Positions 1-9,955 of a stretch of DNA of 64,000 bases are shown in pieces (position 1 is the first letter of the stretch; each line of letters opens with the position of its first letter). Made by a program: the position numbers and the translations under genes. Location of the stretch: assembly GCA_951812955.1 (NCBI GenBank), contig OX638340.1, forward strand, positions 1,664,001-1,728,000. The letters run 5' to 3'. The DNA comes from an uncultured Gemmatimonadota bacterium. Lineage in GTDB: Bacteria; JAAXHH01. The notes below the pieces were generated by a model that did no database searches, was not told the origin of the DNA, and saw only the letters and a list, made by a program, of their open reading frames with translations.

Positions 1-723
1 ACCGAAGGGGTAGCGCGCATCCTACCCGTACGCGCGGCCGGATTTCTCATGCAAAAGGAACTGGAATATCTCGCGGGTGCGATTGAATATCCCAAGGGGA
101 AACTGGTCGTCGTGCTTGGCGGCGCCAAGGTTTCGGACAAGATCCGGGCAACGCGCCGGTTCATCGAAATCGCCGACGCGCTGATCATCGGCGGCGGTAT
201 GGCCTATACCTTTCTCGCGAGCCGGGGCGAGGCGATTGGAAACAGCCTCGTGGAGAAAGGTCATCTGGACTTCGCTGGTGAGATCCTGGACAGGGCCGCC
301 GGACTGAGAACGCCGATCCTGCTGCCCGTGGATCATGTCGTCGCGGAAACGCTTGATCCGAACGGGGAAGCGAGGCGGGTCGGACAGATTCCGGACGGCT
401 TGATGGGGCTTGATATCGGTCCGAAGACACGTCGCCTGTTCGTTGAGATGATTGGCGAAGCAGGGACCATCCTCTGGAACGGCCCCATGGGTGTCTTCGA
501 AATCGCGGATTTTTCGGAAGGGACTGCGGCGGTCGCCCAAGCCATCTCGGACGCCACCGGCCGAGGCGCCGTGTCCACAATCGGAGGCGGGGATACGGCG
601 GCGGCTGTGAACACCCTCCGTCTCGCTGACCGGGTGAGCCACGTCTCTACGGGGGGCGGTGCATCGCTCGAGTTACTGGAAGGCAAAACGCTGCCGGGCG
701 TGCGCGCACTGGAACAAAGTTGA
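1..723 (+). CDS. pgk: phosphoglycerate kinase, C-terminal part (5' end lies outside the window)
   Basis: Frame 1 is open from base 1. Translation contains the PGK motifs GGAKVSDKI and GGGDT..GGGASLE. Stop at 721-723. Confidence 0.85.
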   Translation, partial: TEGVARILPVRAAGFLMQKELEYLAGAIEYPKGKLVVVLGGAKVSDKIRATRRFIEIADALIIGGGMAYTFLASRGEAIGNSLVEKGHLDFAGEILDRAAGLRTPILLPVDHVVAETLDPNGEARRVGQIPDGLMGLDIGPKTRRLFVEMIGEAGTILWNGPMGVFEIADFSEGTAAVAQAISDATGRGAVSTIGGGDTAAAVNTLRLADRVSHVSTGGGASLELLEGKTLPGVRALEQS

Positions 724-774
724 ATCGGTCAAGTAGGTTTGGAAACGACCCAGGCCCGGCATCGACCGCGAACA

Positions 775-1353
775 TCAATTCCCTATAAAGCTGAAGCGCA
801 CCAGGTTGTCGGGGAATCGACCGAAATGCTGGGGTATTATCTCGTAAGAGCGCCAGGCGCGTTGCCAGGCGTATCGGGGCGTGCCTATCCTCCTGGCAAC
901 CGGACCGGCTATGGGCTCAATCAGGGTCTTGTTTCCGCGGAAGTCGGTGACGCGGACTTTGATCTTCCCGGTTTCCATGGGCATGTCGCTGGCCAGCACC
1001 AATCTGATACTCCTGAACTGGTCATAGCGGCCGCCATAGATCGTCCCAACCAGGGAAACCCGTATACCCTCCAGCGTCTTATCGTGGGCGATCTCGACTT
1101 CCTCGGGCAGGGCCAGCACCTTGCAGCCTTCGAGGTCAGGTGATATGAACTCCACGCTCGTCAGGTTCTCCGCTCGTCTGGTCTGAATCGTGTACAACCA
1201 GTTGTCTGGTCCGGCCGGCAGGACGGTCACGTTCACAAGGTCCTTTGATTCTGCGAGCGTGGGCCGGTGCGTAGCGCAGCCGACGGCCGATATCACGACG
1301 AAGGACAGTGTGACGGCGACAACGGCGATTCGTTGGATGCTGAGGAGAGTCAT
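775..1353 (-). CDS. hypothetical lipoprotein
   Basis: N-terminal signal peptide with a lipobox-like VGCATH. No recognisable catalytic motifs. Confidence 0.45.
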   Translation of the reverse strand: MTLLSIQRIAVVAVTLSFVVISAVGCATHRPTLAESKDLVNVTVLPAGPDNWLYTIQTRRAENLTSVEFISPDLEGCKVLALPEEVEIAHDKTLEGIRVSLVGTIYGGRYDQFRSIRLVLASDMPMETGKIKVRVTDFRGNKTLIEPIAGPVARRIGTPRYAWQRAWRSYEIIPQHFGRFPDNLVRFSFIGN

Positions 1354-1587
1354 GTTTCACCTCCGGGCGTGTATTTAACTCCATTACGCAGCAGAATCCT
1401 CAAGGCAAACTTTATGCTTGTATGCAGTCATTATGGTTAGACGCGCGATTGCCTGGACAGTTCCCCCTTACAAGCCTGACCGGACTGCGTAGTTGGACGG
1501 GCCACCAAGGCTGACCAGGCCGCGGAATCGACCCGTCTTCCGGTGCCCGAAAACGACGCCGGCCGGACCACGGCCTCCAGAACCAAA

Positions 1588-2526
1588 TCAAGCCGCCGGC
1601 TTGCCCCGTTCCGCCGTGATCTTCCTCCCCGGCCTGAAGTACGTCTGCAGGACTTCCAGGAAACTCCGGGCCGCTCGTGACAGGTACCGCCCTTTTAGGT
1701 AGATCGCGCCCATCTTCTGCCGCGGACGGTTTCGAAAGTCGCTGATGGACACCTGCGCGAGCGTGCCGTTTTCCAGCTCTTCCTGGATGGCGACGGAGGG
1801 AACGATGGACAGGCCCGCCTCGATGCGCACGAAGTGCTTGATTACTTCGATCGAACTCAGTTCCATCGCCACGTCGAGCCGCACCCTGGATTGCTCGCAC
1901 AAATCGTCGATCAGCTTCCGGGAGGCGCAGTGCTGGTCGAGCAGGATCAGCGGATATTGCTCCATATCCTTGAGATGCACGGTCCGCCGGTCCGCCAGCG
2001 GATGACCTGGCGGCGTGATCAGCACGTCATGGCGGGAGAACAGCGGGATCGCCTCGATCTCCCGGGGCAGATAGGCCAGCGTGACCACGCCGAGGTCCAC
2101 CTCGCCGTCGACCACTGTCTGGATGGTCCGCAATGACGTGGCATTCTTTACGACGATGTCGATTCCGGGATAGCGGTCCTGGAAGGACTTGAGTATGGCC
2201 GGCAGGCGGTAGCATCCGGTGGTGTCCGACGTGCAGAGCACGAGACGGCCGGCCTCGAGGCGATCCAGGTCTTCCAGTTCCTGAACGGCCTCTTTCATCA
2301 GTCCTTCCATCTCACTCATGTATTTAAGCAGTACCTTCCCTGCCTCGGTGAGCGCGAGATGGCGGGTCGTCCGATGGAACAGTGGCTGGCCGATTTCGCC
2401 TTCGAGCTTGGCCACCTGGATGCTCACGGCCGACTGGGACCGGAAGAGGGCTTTTGCCGCCAGGGAAAAACTGCCGTGACGGGCTACGGCATGAAATGCG
2501 ACGGCTTGATCGTAGGACAGGTTCAT
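1588..2526 (-). CDS. LysR family transcriptional regulator
   Basis: N-terminal wHTH typical of LysR (YDQAVAFHAVARHGSFSLAAKALFRSQSAVSIQVAKLE). About 310 aa with a C-terminal substrate-binding domain. Divergent from the IMPDH-family gene. Confidence 0.85.
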   Translation of the reverse strand: MNLSYDQAVAFHAVARHGSFSLAAKALFRSQSAVSIQVAKLEGEIGQPLFHRTTRHLALTEAGKVLLKYMSEMEGLMKEAVQELEDLDRLEAGRLVLCTSDTTGCYRLPAILKSFQDRYPGIDIVVKNATSLRTIQTVVDGEVDLGVVTLAYLPREIEAIPLFSRHDVLITPPGHPLADRRTVHLKDMEQYPLILLDQHCASRKLIDDLCEQSRVRLDVAMELSSIEVIKHFVRIEAGLSIVPSVAIQEELENGTLAQVSISDFRNRPRQKMGAIYLKGRYLSRAARSFLEVLQTYFRPGRKITAERGKPAA

Positions 2527-2627
2527 TTATATATTATCTCAATAATGCATATTGATTTTATTAATTTGACTAATATATAAATCTGCATATTATGTCAAGA
2601 CGAAATCGGCGGAACGATGTATATTGA

Positions 2628-2688
2628 CTGACTCGATTGGTTGACTCGAAAGTTGACTCGAAAGTGGACTCGAAAGTGGACTCGAAGA
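2628..2688. repeat. 12-bp direct tandem repeat (TTGACTCGAAAG / TGGACTCGAAAG), about 4.5 copies, in the LysR / IMPDH-family divergent intergenic region
   Basis: Seen directly at 2641-2652, 2653-2664, 2665-2676, 2677-2688, plus a degenerate copy at 2628-2640. The flanks are AT-rich. Confidence 0.8.
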
Positions 2689-2784
2689 AGGACCCGTAAT
2701 CCGGATCAGCACAACCCTGGATAACCGTACCGGGAATCCAATAGGGGTAATGGAACCTCAAACGGTTTCCCACGGAGGACATAC

Positions 2785-4272
2785 ATGGCGCACATAGCCT
2801 CTACCGTTTCTCACAGTCTTAAGGAATACCGCCTTTTGCCGCGCCTTACTCAGGCCGATGCAAATGCCCAGCTCGTGTCGCTGGAGACGCGCCTTTGCCG
2901 GCACGGAGACGGCTACGTCACGCTGCGCACACCCTTTCTCAGCGCGGCCATGCAGGCGGTTACCAGCGTGGAACTGGCCATCGCAATGGCCCAGTTGGGT
3001 GGCATGGGCGTGTTCGCCGTGAGCCAGACTGTTGAAGAGCAGTGCACCAGGATCGACGCGGTGAAACGGTTCAAGGCCGGGTTCCAGACGGATATCGTGA
3101 CGCTGTCGCCGCAGCAGTCCATTGGTGAGGTGATCGGGATCATGAACGATACCGGTTATCACACCTTCCCCGTGACGGATACCGGCGTATTCCACGGCAA
3201 GCTGGTCGGCGTGATCACGGACAAGGACTTCGACGAACGGTACGACCAGGACATGCGCGTGGGCGACCGCATGAAGACGGACGTGCAGACCGGTGCCGCG
3301 GAAGACGACCTGAAGACCGCCAACACGCGAATGATCGAATACGGCCGCGGGTTCCTGCCCATGGTTTCCTCCGAAGGGACGCTGGTATCGGTCGTGTTCA
3401 AGCGGGACCTCGACAAGCACATCCGCCATCCCCACTCCACGGAAGACGCGCAAAAGCGCCTAGTGGTCGGCGCCGCCGTATCGACCCATCCGGAGGACCG
3501 CGAACGGGTGGAGGCGCTGATCGAACACCAGGCAGACGTGATCGTCATCGACGCCTCCGACGGCCACACGGAATACCAGGGCGAGACGCTGAAATGGATC
3601 AAGTCCCATTATGACATCCCCGTAATCGCGGGGAACGTGGTGACGCGGGACGGCTTCGACTACCTGGCCGGCAGCGGGGCGGACGCCGTGAAGATCGGCA
3701 TGGGCATCGCGTCCGGCTGCACGACGCAGATGGTGAAGGCCACCGGTCGCGGACAGGCTACCGCCATCCAGGAAGTCGCCGCGGCCCGGGACGAATGGGC
3801 GCGGACCACGGGCGACTACCTTCCACTCGTGGGCGATGGGAGCATACAGGGACCGGCGGATATGCTCATCGCCCTGTCCCTGGGCGCCGACACACTCATG
3901 ATGGGCAACCTCCTGGCGCGGTTTACCGAGAGCCATGGCGAACTCGTCCGAAACGCAGCCGGGGACCTGGTCAAGGAATACTGGATGGAGGGCAGCCGGA
4001 AGGCCTTCAACAACCGGCGCTACGCCCAGCTCGCAAGTACCTTCTTCGAGGAAGGCATAGTCGGCCAGGTGCCCCACTCGGGGTCGGTCTACGACAAGCT
4101 GCCCATCGTCGTCCAGATGCTTAAATCCGGCATGGCCTCGGCGGGCTGTGCCGACATTGAGGCACTGCACCGGGACGCCATCCTGGAACTGCAGTCCAAC
4201 GTGTCCCTTGAAGACAGCGGCGTGCACGACATGTCCGCCGTCCAGTCCATCCAGGAATTCGGGATTACCTAG
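2785..4272 (+). CDS. IMP dehydrogenase/GMP reductase family protein with a CBS pair
   Basis: TIM-barrel IMPDH-like motifs: the catalytic Cys loop KIGMGIASGCTTQ and GDGSIQGPADMLIALSLGAD. CBS-like region near the N-terminus. 495 aa. Confidence 0.75.
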   Translation: MAHIASTVSHSLKEYRLLPRLTQADANAQLVSLETRLCRHGDGYVTLRTPFLSAAMQAVTSVELAIAMAQLGGMGVFAVSQTVEEQCTRIDAVKRFKAGFQTDIVTLSPQQSIGEVIGIMNDTGYHTFPVTDTGVFHGKLVGVITDKDFDERYDQDMRVGDRMKTDVQTGAAEDDLKTANTRMIEYGRGFLPMVSSEGTLVSVVFKRDLDKHIRHPHSTEDAQKRLVVGAAVSTHPEDRERVEALIEHQADVIVIDASDGHTEYQGETLKWIKSHYDIPVIAGNVVTRDGFDYLAGSGADAVKIGMGIASGCTTQMVKATGRGQATAIQEVAAARDEWARTTGDYLPLVGDGSIQGPADMLIALSLGADTLMMGNLLARFTESHGELVRNAAGDLVKEYWMEGSRKAFNNRRYAQLASTFFEEGIVGQVPHSGSVYDKLPIVVQMLKSGMASAGCADIEALHRDAILELQSNVSLEDSGVHDMSAVQSIQEFGIT

Positions 4273-4283
4273 TTCGGGGGGAC

Positions 4284-4955
4284 ATGAAGACTGTCTTTTT
4301 CGATCTGTTCGAAACCCTGATTACCGAAAAAACAAGAAGCGCATACCGGACAAGAACCCCGATATACGTGAAACTGCGAACCACGCAGGATCGGCTTTCA
4401 AGGTATTGGGTGGACTTCGGTGATCGCGTTATGACCGGCGGGTTTCCGGATTTCACCGCCATGTTCTCACACATCCGGGAAGAAGTCGGATCACCGGTGA
4501 CTGACCGGGAAATTTCCGAGTTGGCTCAGGATTACGAGCGCAGGAAACAAATCGTATTGTCTACGGTTGATCCCCAGGTCTTCGAGATGTTGAACGAGGT
4601 AAGGACCCTGGGACTAAGCATCGGTGTCATCAGCAACGCCATGCCGGAGGAAGCGCTGGCGTGGAAATCCTGTCCGCTACAGGATCACGTGGACGACGTG
4701 GTATTCTCCTGCAAAGTCGGGTTGATGAAACCGGACAGCAAGATCTATGAGTTCGCCTGTACACGTATGGATATACGGCCGTCCGATGCGTACTTTGTCG
4801 GAGATGGCGGCTTTGACGAACTGCGCGGGGCGGCCTCTGTCGGCATGAAGGCTATACAGGCGGCCTGGTACCTGCAGCAGGAAGTGGCATGGCCCTGGGA
4901 CCATCCCCTGCCCCAGGCGGAATCGATGGAAGACCTGCCGGCCATGTTGAGATAG
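4284..4955 (+). CDS. HAD-superfamily hydrolase
   Basis: Motif I-like FFDLFETL and motif IV VGDGGFDE. ATG is 11 nt after the upstream stop, with a GGGGGGA ribosome-binding site. Confidence 0.65.
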   Translation: MKTVFFDLFETLITEKTRSAYRTRTPIYVKLRTTQDRLSRYWVDFGDRVMTGGFPDFTAMFSHIREEVGSPVTDREISELAQDYERRKQIVLSTVDPQVFEMLNEVRTLGLSIGVISNAMPEEALAWKSCPLQDHVDDVVFSCKVGLMKPDSKIYEFACTRMDIRPSDAYFVGDGGFDELRGAASVGMKAIQAAWYLQQEVAWPWDHPLPQAESMEDLPAMLR

Positions 4956-4981
4956 CGCCTGTTGAATTAGCGGACCGCGCC

Positions 4982-5428
4982 ATGAATATCCCCCAACTGA
5001 AGCGCAAACTGCGCCAACTCAAGCAGACCGAGTGTCGCATCCGGTTCAGGGCCCGTCCTCGTGAAGACCACCAGTCGCTGGTATGGGACGCCTTCTTCTC
5101 CACGCGGACCGCGAACGACACCCGGGTCGCTTATCCGCTGAATCGGCTGGTGAAAATGGATCAAGACGAGATCAAGACGGTTTACGAGGCCTTCTTCTAC
5201 CGGGTGTATTTCCAGTACTTCAAGGAGCATGGCCTTTCTATGGCCGATGCGTACGACCCCGGTCTGCTTTCTCTCCTGGGCCTGCAACCTTACGCGACGC
5301 TCCAGGACATCAAAAAGCGGTATCGCGAACTGGCCCAGGTCCACCACCCGGATCACGGCGGCGATCACGACGCCTTCATCGAGGTCGTGAACGCCTATGA
5401 ACGGTTGACGGACAATGGCCATCCTTGA
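4982..5428 (+). CDS. J-domain (DnaJ-like) protein
   Basis: C-terminal J domain with the HPD motif (KKRYRELAQVHHPDHGGDHDAFIEVVNAYERL). The internal ATG at 4982 was chosen to avoid overlapping the upstream HAD gene. Confidence 0.65.
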   Translation: MNIPQLKRKLRQLKQTECRIRFRARPREDHQSLVWDAFFSTRTANDTRVAYPLNRLVKMDQDEIKTVYEAFFYRVYFQYFKEHGLSMADAYDPGLLSLLGLQPYATLQDIKKRYRELAQVHHPDHGGDHDAFIEVVNAYERLTDNGHP

Positions 5429-5641
5429 TCTTCCCGCGGAATCCATCCATATTCCTGGTATCCGGTTCGAACCGCAAGCGCGGTCTTACGTCAAGATCGC
5501 ATCCGCGGTGTCACGATCTCATACGCGTTCGCGGCTCTGAGATCAGACCCGGCTAGTAAGTTCAAGCCGAATTCGCAGTTCCATTCGAACACCGCACAAC
5601 CCTTTCTGAAAACCGTTGCATTATTCCGCAGGAGTTTTTCA

Positions 5642-7525
5642 ATGAAACCCATGGCATGCCCCGTCTTCTTCGTAGGCCTGCTGGTCCTCTTCCTTCTCCC
5701 CGGTGTAGTCTCCGGCCAAACCAACGCCGACGCGCGGTACATAGTAGAGAACTATGAGAAGCTGGAGCGCTATGTCCCCATGCGCGACGGTACCAGACTG
5801 TTCACCTCCATCTACGTGCCGAAGGACGATTCGCGGACCTATCCCATCCTGCTGCAACGCACGCCTTACAGCGTGGCGCCCTACGGAGCGGCGTACAAAT
5901 CACGGATCGGTCCGTCCATGCTGTTCGCCCGGGAAGGGTACATCATCGCATACCAGGACGTGCGCGGCCGTATGATGTCGGAAGGCGAATTCGAAGCGGT
6001 GCGACCCCATGACCCTGACAAGGCATCGGACGCCGACATCGACGAAAGCACCGATACCCATGATACGGTGTCCTGGCTGCTGGGAAACGTGCCGGGCCAC
6101 AACGGCCGCGTGGGCGTATGGGGCATATCGGCACCGGGTTTCTACGCCACCCACGCCCTGATCGGCGCCCATCCCGCCGTGAAGATCGTATCGCCCCAGG
6201 CGCCCGTTACCGACTGGTGGATCGGCGACGACCGCCATCACAACGGCGCCTTCCAGCTGCAGGCCACCTTCAGTTTCCTGTCCTTCTACGGCGCCCCGCG
6301 CCCTGAGCCGACGACCCAGCGGGCATCGGGCTTTCGGGACTACGGCACGCCGGACGGCTACCAATGGTACCTCGATCTCGGGCCCCTGTCGAACATCAAC
6401 GAGAAATACCTCCACGGGAAAAACAAGATCTGGAACGACATGATGGAGCATCCCGATTACGACGAATTCTGGCAGGCCCGCACGCCGTTGCCCCACCTTA
6501 GAGACGTCAGGCCGGCTGTGCTCGTGGTCGGCGGTTTCTTCGACGCCCAGGACTTGTACGGTCCGCTGAAAACCTATGCAGCCGTGGAGGACAACAATCC
6601 CGGATCCGTAAATCACCTCGTCATGGGGCCGTGGTGGCACGGCGGGTGGGCGCGGGGAGACGGCCTGCGGTACCAGGACATCTATTTCGACCAGCCCACG
6701 GCGGCGCATTACCGGGAAACCATCGAACTGCCCTTCTTCAATCACTACCTCAAAGACGGTCCCGATCCGGAGCTGCCTGAGGCCAGCATCTTCGTCACGG
6801 GTTCGAACCGGTGGCACGCCTTCGACCACTGGCCGCCCAGGGAGGCGCGCGACGCGTACCTCTACCTTGCACCCGGCGGCGGACTGTCCTTCGACCGGCC
6901 GGCGGGTGTGGACGACTTCGCCGAATACGTCAGCGATCCAGCGAAACCCGTGCCCCACACGTCCCAGATCGTCATCAACCGGGACGACCGCTACCTCATC
7001 CAGGACCAGCGGTTCGCTTCAACCCGTTCGGACGTGCTCGTTTTCGAGTCGGATGTGCTGCAGGAGGACATAACCGTGACGGGAGATCTGTTCGCCAACC
7101 TGTACGTGACCACGACAGGCGAGGACGCGGATTTCATCGTAAAGCTGATCGACGTGTACCCCGATACGGCGAGCTACGTGGGAGAAAACCCCATGAACGT
7201 GAAGATGGGCGGATTCCAGCTCATGGTGCGGGGCGAGGTCATGCGGGCGCGGTACCGGAACAGTTTCACCTACCCAGAGCCCATGAGGCCGGGGGAAGTC
7301 ACGAATATCGAATTCGACATGCAGGACGTGGCCCACACATTCAAGGCGGGACACCGCATGATGGTCCAGGTCCAGAGCACGTGGTTCCCCATGGTGGACC
7401 GCAATCCCCAGACCTGGGTGCAAAGTATCTACGAGGCGAAGGAAGAGGACTACCAGGCGGCTACGCACCGGATCTACTTCTCACGGAACGCGCCTTCCCA
7501 CCTCAGGATGAAGCTGCTGGAATGA
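5642..7525 (+). CDS. CocE/NonD family hydrolase (S15 X-Pro dipeptidyl-peptidase-like), secreted
   Basis: Signal peptide, alpha/beta-hydrolase nucleophile elbow GISAPG, and a C-terminal beta-sandwich characteristic of CocE/NonD. AGGAG ribosome-binding site. Confidence 0.75.
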   Translation: MKPMACPVFFVGLLVLFLLPGVVSGQTNADARYIVENYEKLERYVPMRDGTRLFTSIYVPKDDSRTYPILLQRTPYSVAPYGAAYKSRIGPSMLFAREGYIIAYQDVRGRMMSEGEFEAVRPHDPDKASDADIDESTDTHDTVSWLLGNVPGHNGRVGVWGISAPGFYATHALIGAHPAVKIVSPQAPVTDWWIGDDRHHNGAFQLQATFSFLSFYGAPRPEPTTQRASGFRDYGTPDGYQWYLDLGPLSNINEKYLHGKNKIWNDMMEHPDYDEFWQARTPLPHLRDVRPAVLVVGGFFDAQDLYGPLKTYAAVEDNNPGSVNHLVMGPWWHGGWARGDGLRYQDIYFDQPTAAHYRETIELPFFNHYLKDGPDPELPEASIFVTGSNRWHAFDHWPPREARDAYLYLAPGGGLSFDRPAGVDDFAEYVSDPAKPVPHTSQIVINRDDRYLIQDQRFASTRSDVLVFESDVLQEDITVTGDLFANLYVTTTGEDADFIVKLIDVYPDTASYVGENPMNVKMGGFQLMVRGEVMRARYRNSFTYPEPMRPGEVTNIEFDMQDVAHTFKAGHRMMVQVQSTWFPMVDRNPQTWVQSIYEAKEEDYQAATHRIYFSRNAPSHLRMKLLE

Positions 7526-7614
7526 CGCCGGTGAAGACCGGACGAAGCCGTCTGGCGGGTAGGGAGACACAGTGGTTTGGGCTGGTCGATCGGCGCGATT
7601 GAATGCCGGGACCG

Positions 7615-8748
7615 TCAGACGAAATTAAATCCGTACCAGGGCAGTTGGAGGGGAAAGACGCTTTCCAGCGCGGTCCGAAGCGGTCCGGATGCAATCGCCT
7701 TGATCGGATCCTCATCGGGCGGCATCACGCCGAAGACCAGCGTGCCCAGATCGCCCGATGCGATCGTATGTTCCTGGCCACCACATCGAAGAACCACCGA
7801 TCCTTCCGTAACATCCCAGGCCAACGCGCCCGGTCCCAGTACATCGCCGATGTATTCCGCGAACAAGGTCAGCAGCCGCTCAGGCTGCAGGACGAGGACG
7901 GTACCCGTGAATCCCTGGGGTGACGGGGTAATACCACGGGATCGAAGGAGGGAAGCCAGTTCGAGGTCGGCGCCCGTCGTCACGATTTCGAGGGAACCCG
8001 CGCCGTATAGATCGAGGAGGGCAGGAAGCGCGCGGACGAGGGCGGCCCTGGAACCCGCGATCTCCACGATTCTTGCGCGTCCGGCTTCTTCTTCTTCACG
8101 GCCGGCCCTGGGTTTCTGGATGCCGGCATAGGCAACCGCGCGCCCATCCTGGCGGATCACCAAGGTTTCCCCGTCCCGGTCACAGATCCACGCCGCTTCC
8201 ACCACCTTCTTCAGATCGGCAGTAGACCGGACGTACCGGCTGGATTCCTTCGCGTATAGCCGCGTCATGGCGGTCAGATCCGACGGCTTCGCCGGCCTGA
8301 TGTCCGTCCGTGCCGAGGACAGAACGCCCCGTCGTACGGCATACGCGGCATACTGGCCGATCCGCTTCGCACCGAGGCGGGTGTACAGCCCTCGTCCTCC
8401 CGAAATCGGCATGAGCACTGCGTCCTGATCTTTGGCCTTCCGGATCGCCGCCGCCATCAACCGCGTCGCCAGGCCCTGGCCCCGGTGGGACTCGTAGGTC
8501 GCCACCGCGCCGATGCTCATGACGGTCATCCGGCTACCCATCACCGAGATGTCCCGCGTCAACGCGCCCACGTGGGAGACCACCCTGCCTTCGTCGACCA
8601 TGACAAGGAGGTGGTCGAAGTTCTCCGGCGCGAACAGGAGGGGATACTGTTCCTCCATCCGGCCAGCGCCGTCGCCGCGGAAAATGGTGTTGACCAGTTT
8701 GCACAGCGACTCGTACTCGGGCGCTTTCAGCCCACGTGGACCTTCCAT
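7615..8748 (-). CDS. GNAT family N-acetyltransferase (Eis-like, two-domain)
   Basis: Acetyl-CoA binding motif RGQGLATRLMAAAI. The ~377 aa length is typical of Eis-like GNAT proteins. GGAGGAG ribosome-binding site. Confidence 0.65.
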   Translation of the reverse strand: MEGPRGLKAPEYESLCKLVNTIFRGDGAGRMEEQYPLLFAPENFDHLLVMVDEGRVVSHVGALTRDISVMGSRMTVMSIGAVATYESHRGQGLATRLMAAAIRKAKDQDAVLMPISGGRGLYTRLGAKRIGQYAAYAVRRGVLSSARTDIRPAKPSDLTAMTRLYAKESSRYVRSTADLKKVVEAAWICDRDGETLVIRQDGRAVAYAGIQKPRAGREEEEAGRARIVEIAGSRAALVRALPALLDLYGAGSLEIVTTGADLELASLLRSRGITPSPQGFTGTVLVLQPERLLTLFAEYIGDVLGPGALAWDVTEGSVVLRCGGQEHTIASGDLGTLVFGVMPPDEDPIKAIASGPLRTALESVFPLQLPWYGFNFV

Positions 8749-9027
8749 ATAGCCGACTCCTCCAATTTACTTCCGACCTGCGACCCGGGGCGAGTCCCGG
8801 CCCAGCCGCGTCAAGACACACCTCAAAGCAGGACCCTGTCCCTCCGGGTTCTTTGACAAACAGTCCACGCTCTATATATTCCCGTTTGTCAGGGGTGTCA
8901 AGAACGGCGGCGTGTCGCCTTCTCGCGACCGTATGGACCGGTGGCAACCACCTGTCGGCAACCTGTAAAATCCGTGCGCATGTCCATCCAACCGCATCCT
9001 CGCCCAAACCGTGTACAATTCAAGCCC

Positions 9028-9714
9028 ATGTTCATCTCCGAGATCTTCCATTCCATACAGGGCGAGGGCCTGCTGACCGGCGTTCCGTCCGTTTTCATCC
9101 GCACCTCCGGATGCAACCTGCGCTGCCGCTGGTGCGATACACCCTACACCTCCTGGTCGCCCGAAGGAAAGGAGCGGTCCGTGGATGAGATCATGGCGGC
9201 AATCGGTGACTTTCCGTCTCGTCACGCCGTGATCACCGGGGGCGAGCCGCTGCTCATGAAGGACCTGCCTGAACTTACGAAAAGACTCGGCGACGGAGGA
9301 TACCACGTCACCATCGAAACCGCGGGTACCGTGTTTGGCGACCTGCGCTGTGACCTGGCCTCCATCAGTCCCAAGCTGTCCAATTCCACGCCGTGGGCCG
9401 AGGAGGACGGTAAGTTCGCCCGGAGTCACGAACGGCTCAGAATCAACCTCCCCGTCCTGGGCAGGTTCATGGCGGCCTATCCCTACCAGTTGAAATTCGT
9501 GGTCGACCACCAGGACGACCTGGACGAAGTCGAATCGCTGATTTTGGAGCTGGAAGGGGTCGACCGAACCCGGGTGCTGCTCATGCCCCAGGGGCGGACC
9601 GCCGGGGAGTTGAGCAGCAGGGGCGCCTGGGTTGCCGAGGCCTGCAAGTCGCGCGGCTTCCGGTACTGCCCCCGGGTGCACATCGATCTCTACGGGGACA
9701 CCCGCGGGACTTGA
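9028..9714 (+). CDS. queE: 7-carboxy-7-deazaguanine synthase (radical SAM)
   Basis: QueE N-terminus (IFHSIQGEG) and the CNLRCRWC radical-SAM cluster motif. Start set at MFISEIF; the ORF is open from 8941. Confidence 0.8.
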   Translation: MFISEIFHSIQGEGLLTGVPSVFIRTSGCNLRCRWCDTPYTSWSPEGKERSVDEIMAAIGDFPSRHAVITGGEPLLMKDLPELTKRLGDGGYHVTIETAGTVFGDLRCDLASISPKLSNSTPWAEEDGKFARSHERLRINLPVLGRFMAAYPYQLKFVVDHQDDLDEVESLILELEGVDRTRVLLMPQGRTAGELSSRGAWVAEACKSRGFRYCPRVHIDLYGDTRGT

Positions 9715-9955
9715 CTTCTTGCCAATTCTTGCTTGTCTGACGGCCCTTTCCGGCATATCTTGTGCGGTTGCGGGGAAACCGGCCGGATTGGCCGGATCGG
9801 CATGTTGACCAGGCCTGAACATCGACGTGCGGGAGCCCGCTGAATAACTCGCGGCCCGGAGGCTGCCGGGGCCTGGAGGCTGCCGGGGCGAGACGGGCCG
9901 CATCGAGACGGAACGGGCATCATCGGATCAAGACGCGCCTCATCAGGGAGCAGAT

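Noticed and set aside
2570-2782. 70-aa ORF translating to FESTFESTFESTFEST
   Set aside because: The periodic peptide is a direct translation of the 12-bp tandem repeat in the LysR/IMPDH-family intergenic region and has no coding signal.
5455-5480. tRNA-like T-loop sequence GGTTCGAACCG
   Set aside because: No acceptor, D or anticodon arms can be folded around it. No tRNA or rRNA gene was found in the window.
5900-6958. Long antisense ORFs inside well-supported genes (e.g. 5900..6958, 8872..9903, 25281..26321, 27888..29012, 36186..37505, 37447..38808)
   Set aside because: High GC content produces long spurious open frames. All lie opposite or out of frame to genes with strong family motifs and have no ribosome-binding site or start context.
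8750-9027. Possible preQ1 riboswitch upstream of queE
   Set aside because: I could not match the compact preQ1-I/II consensus in the leader by eye. A covariance-model search would be needed.
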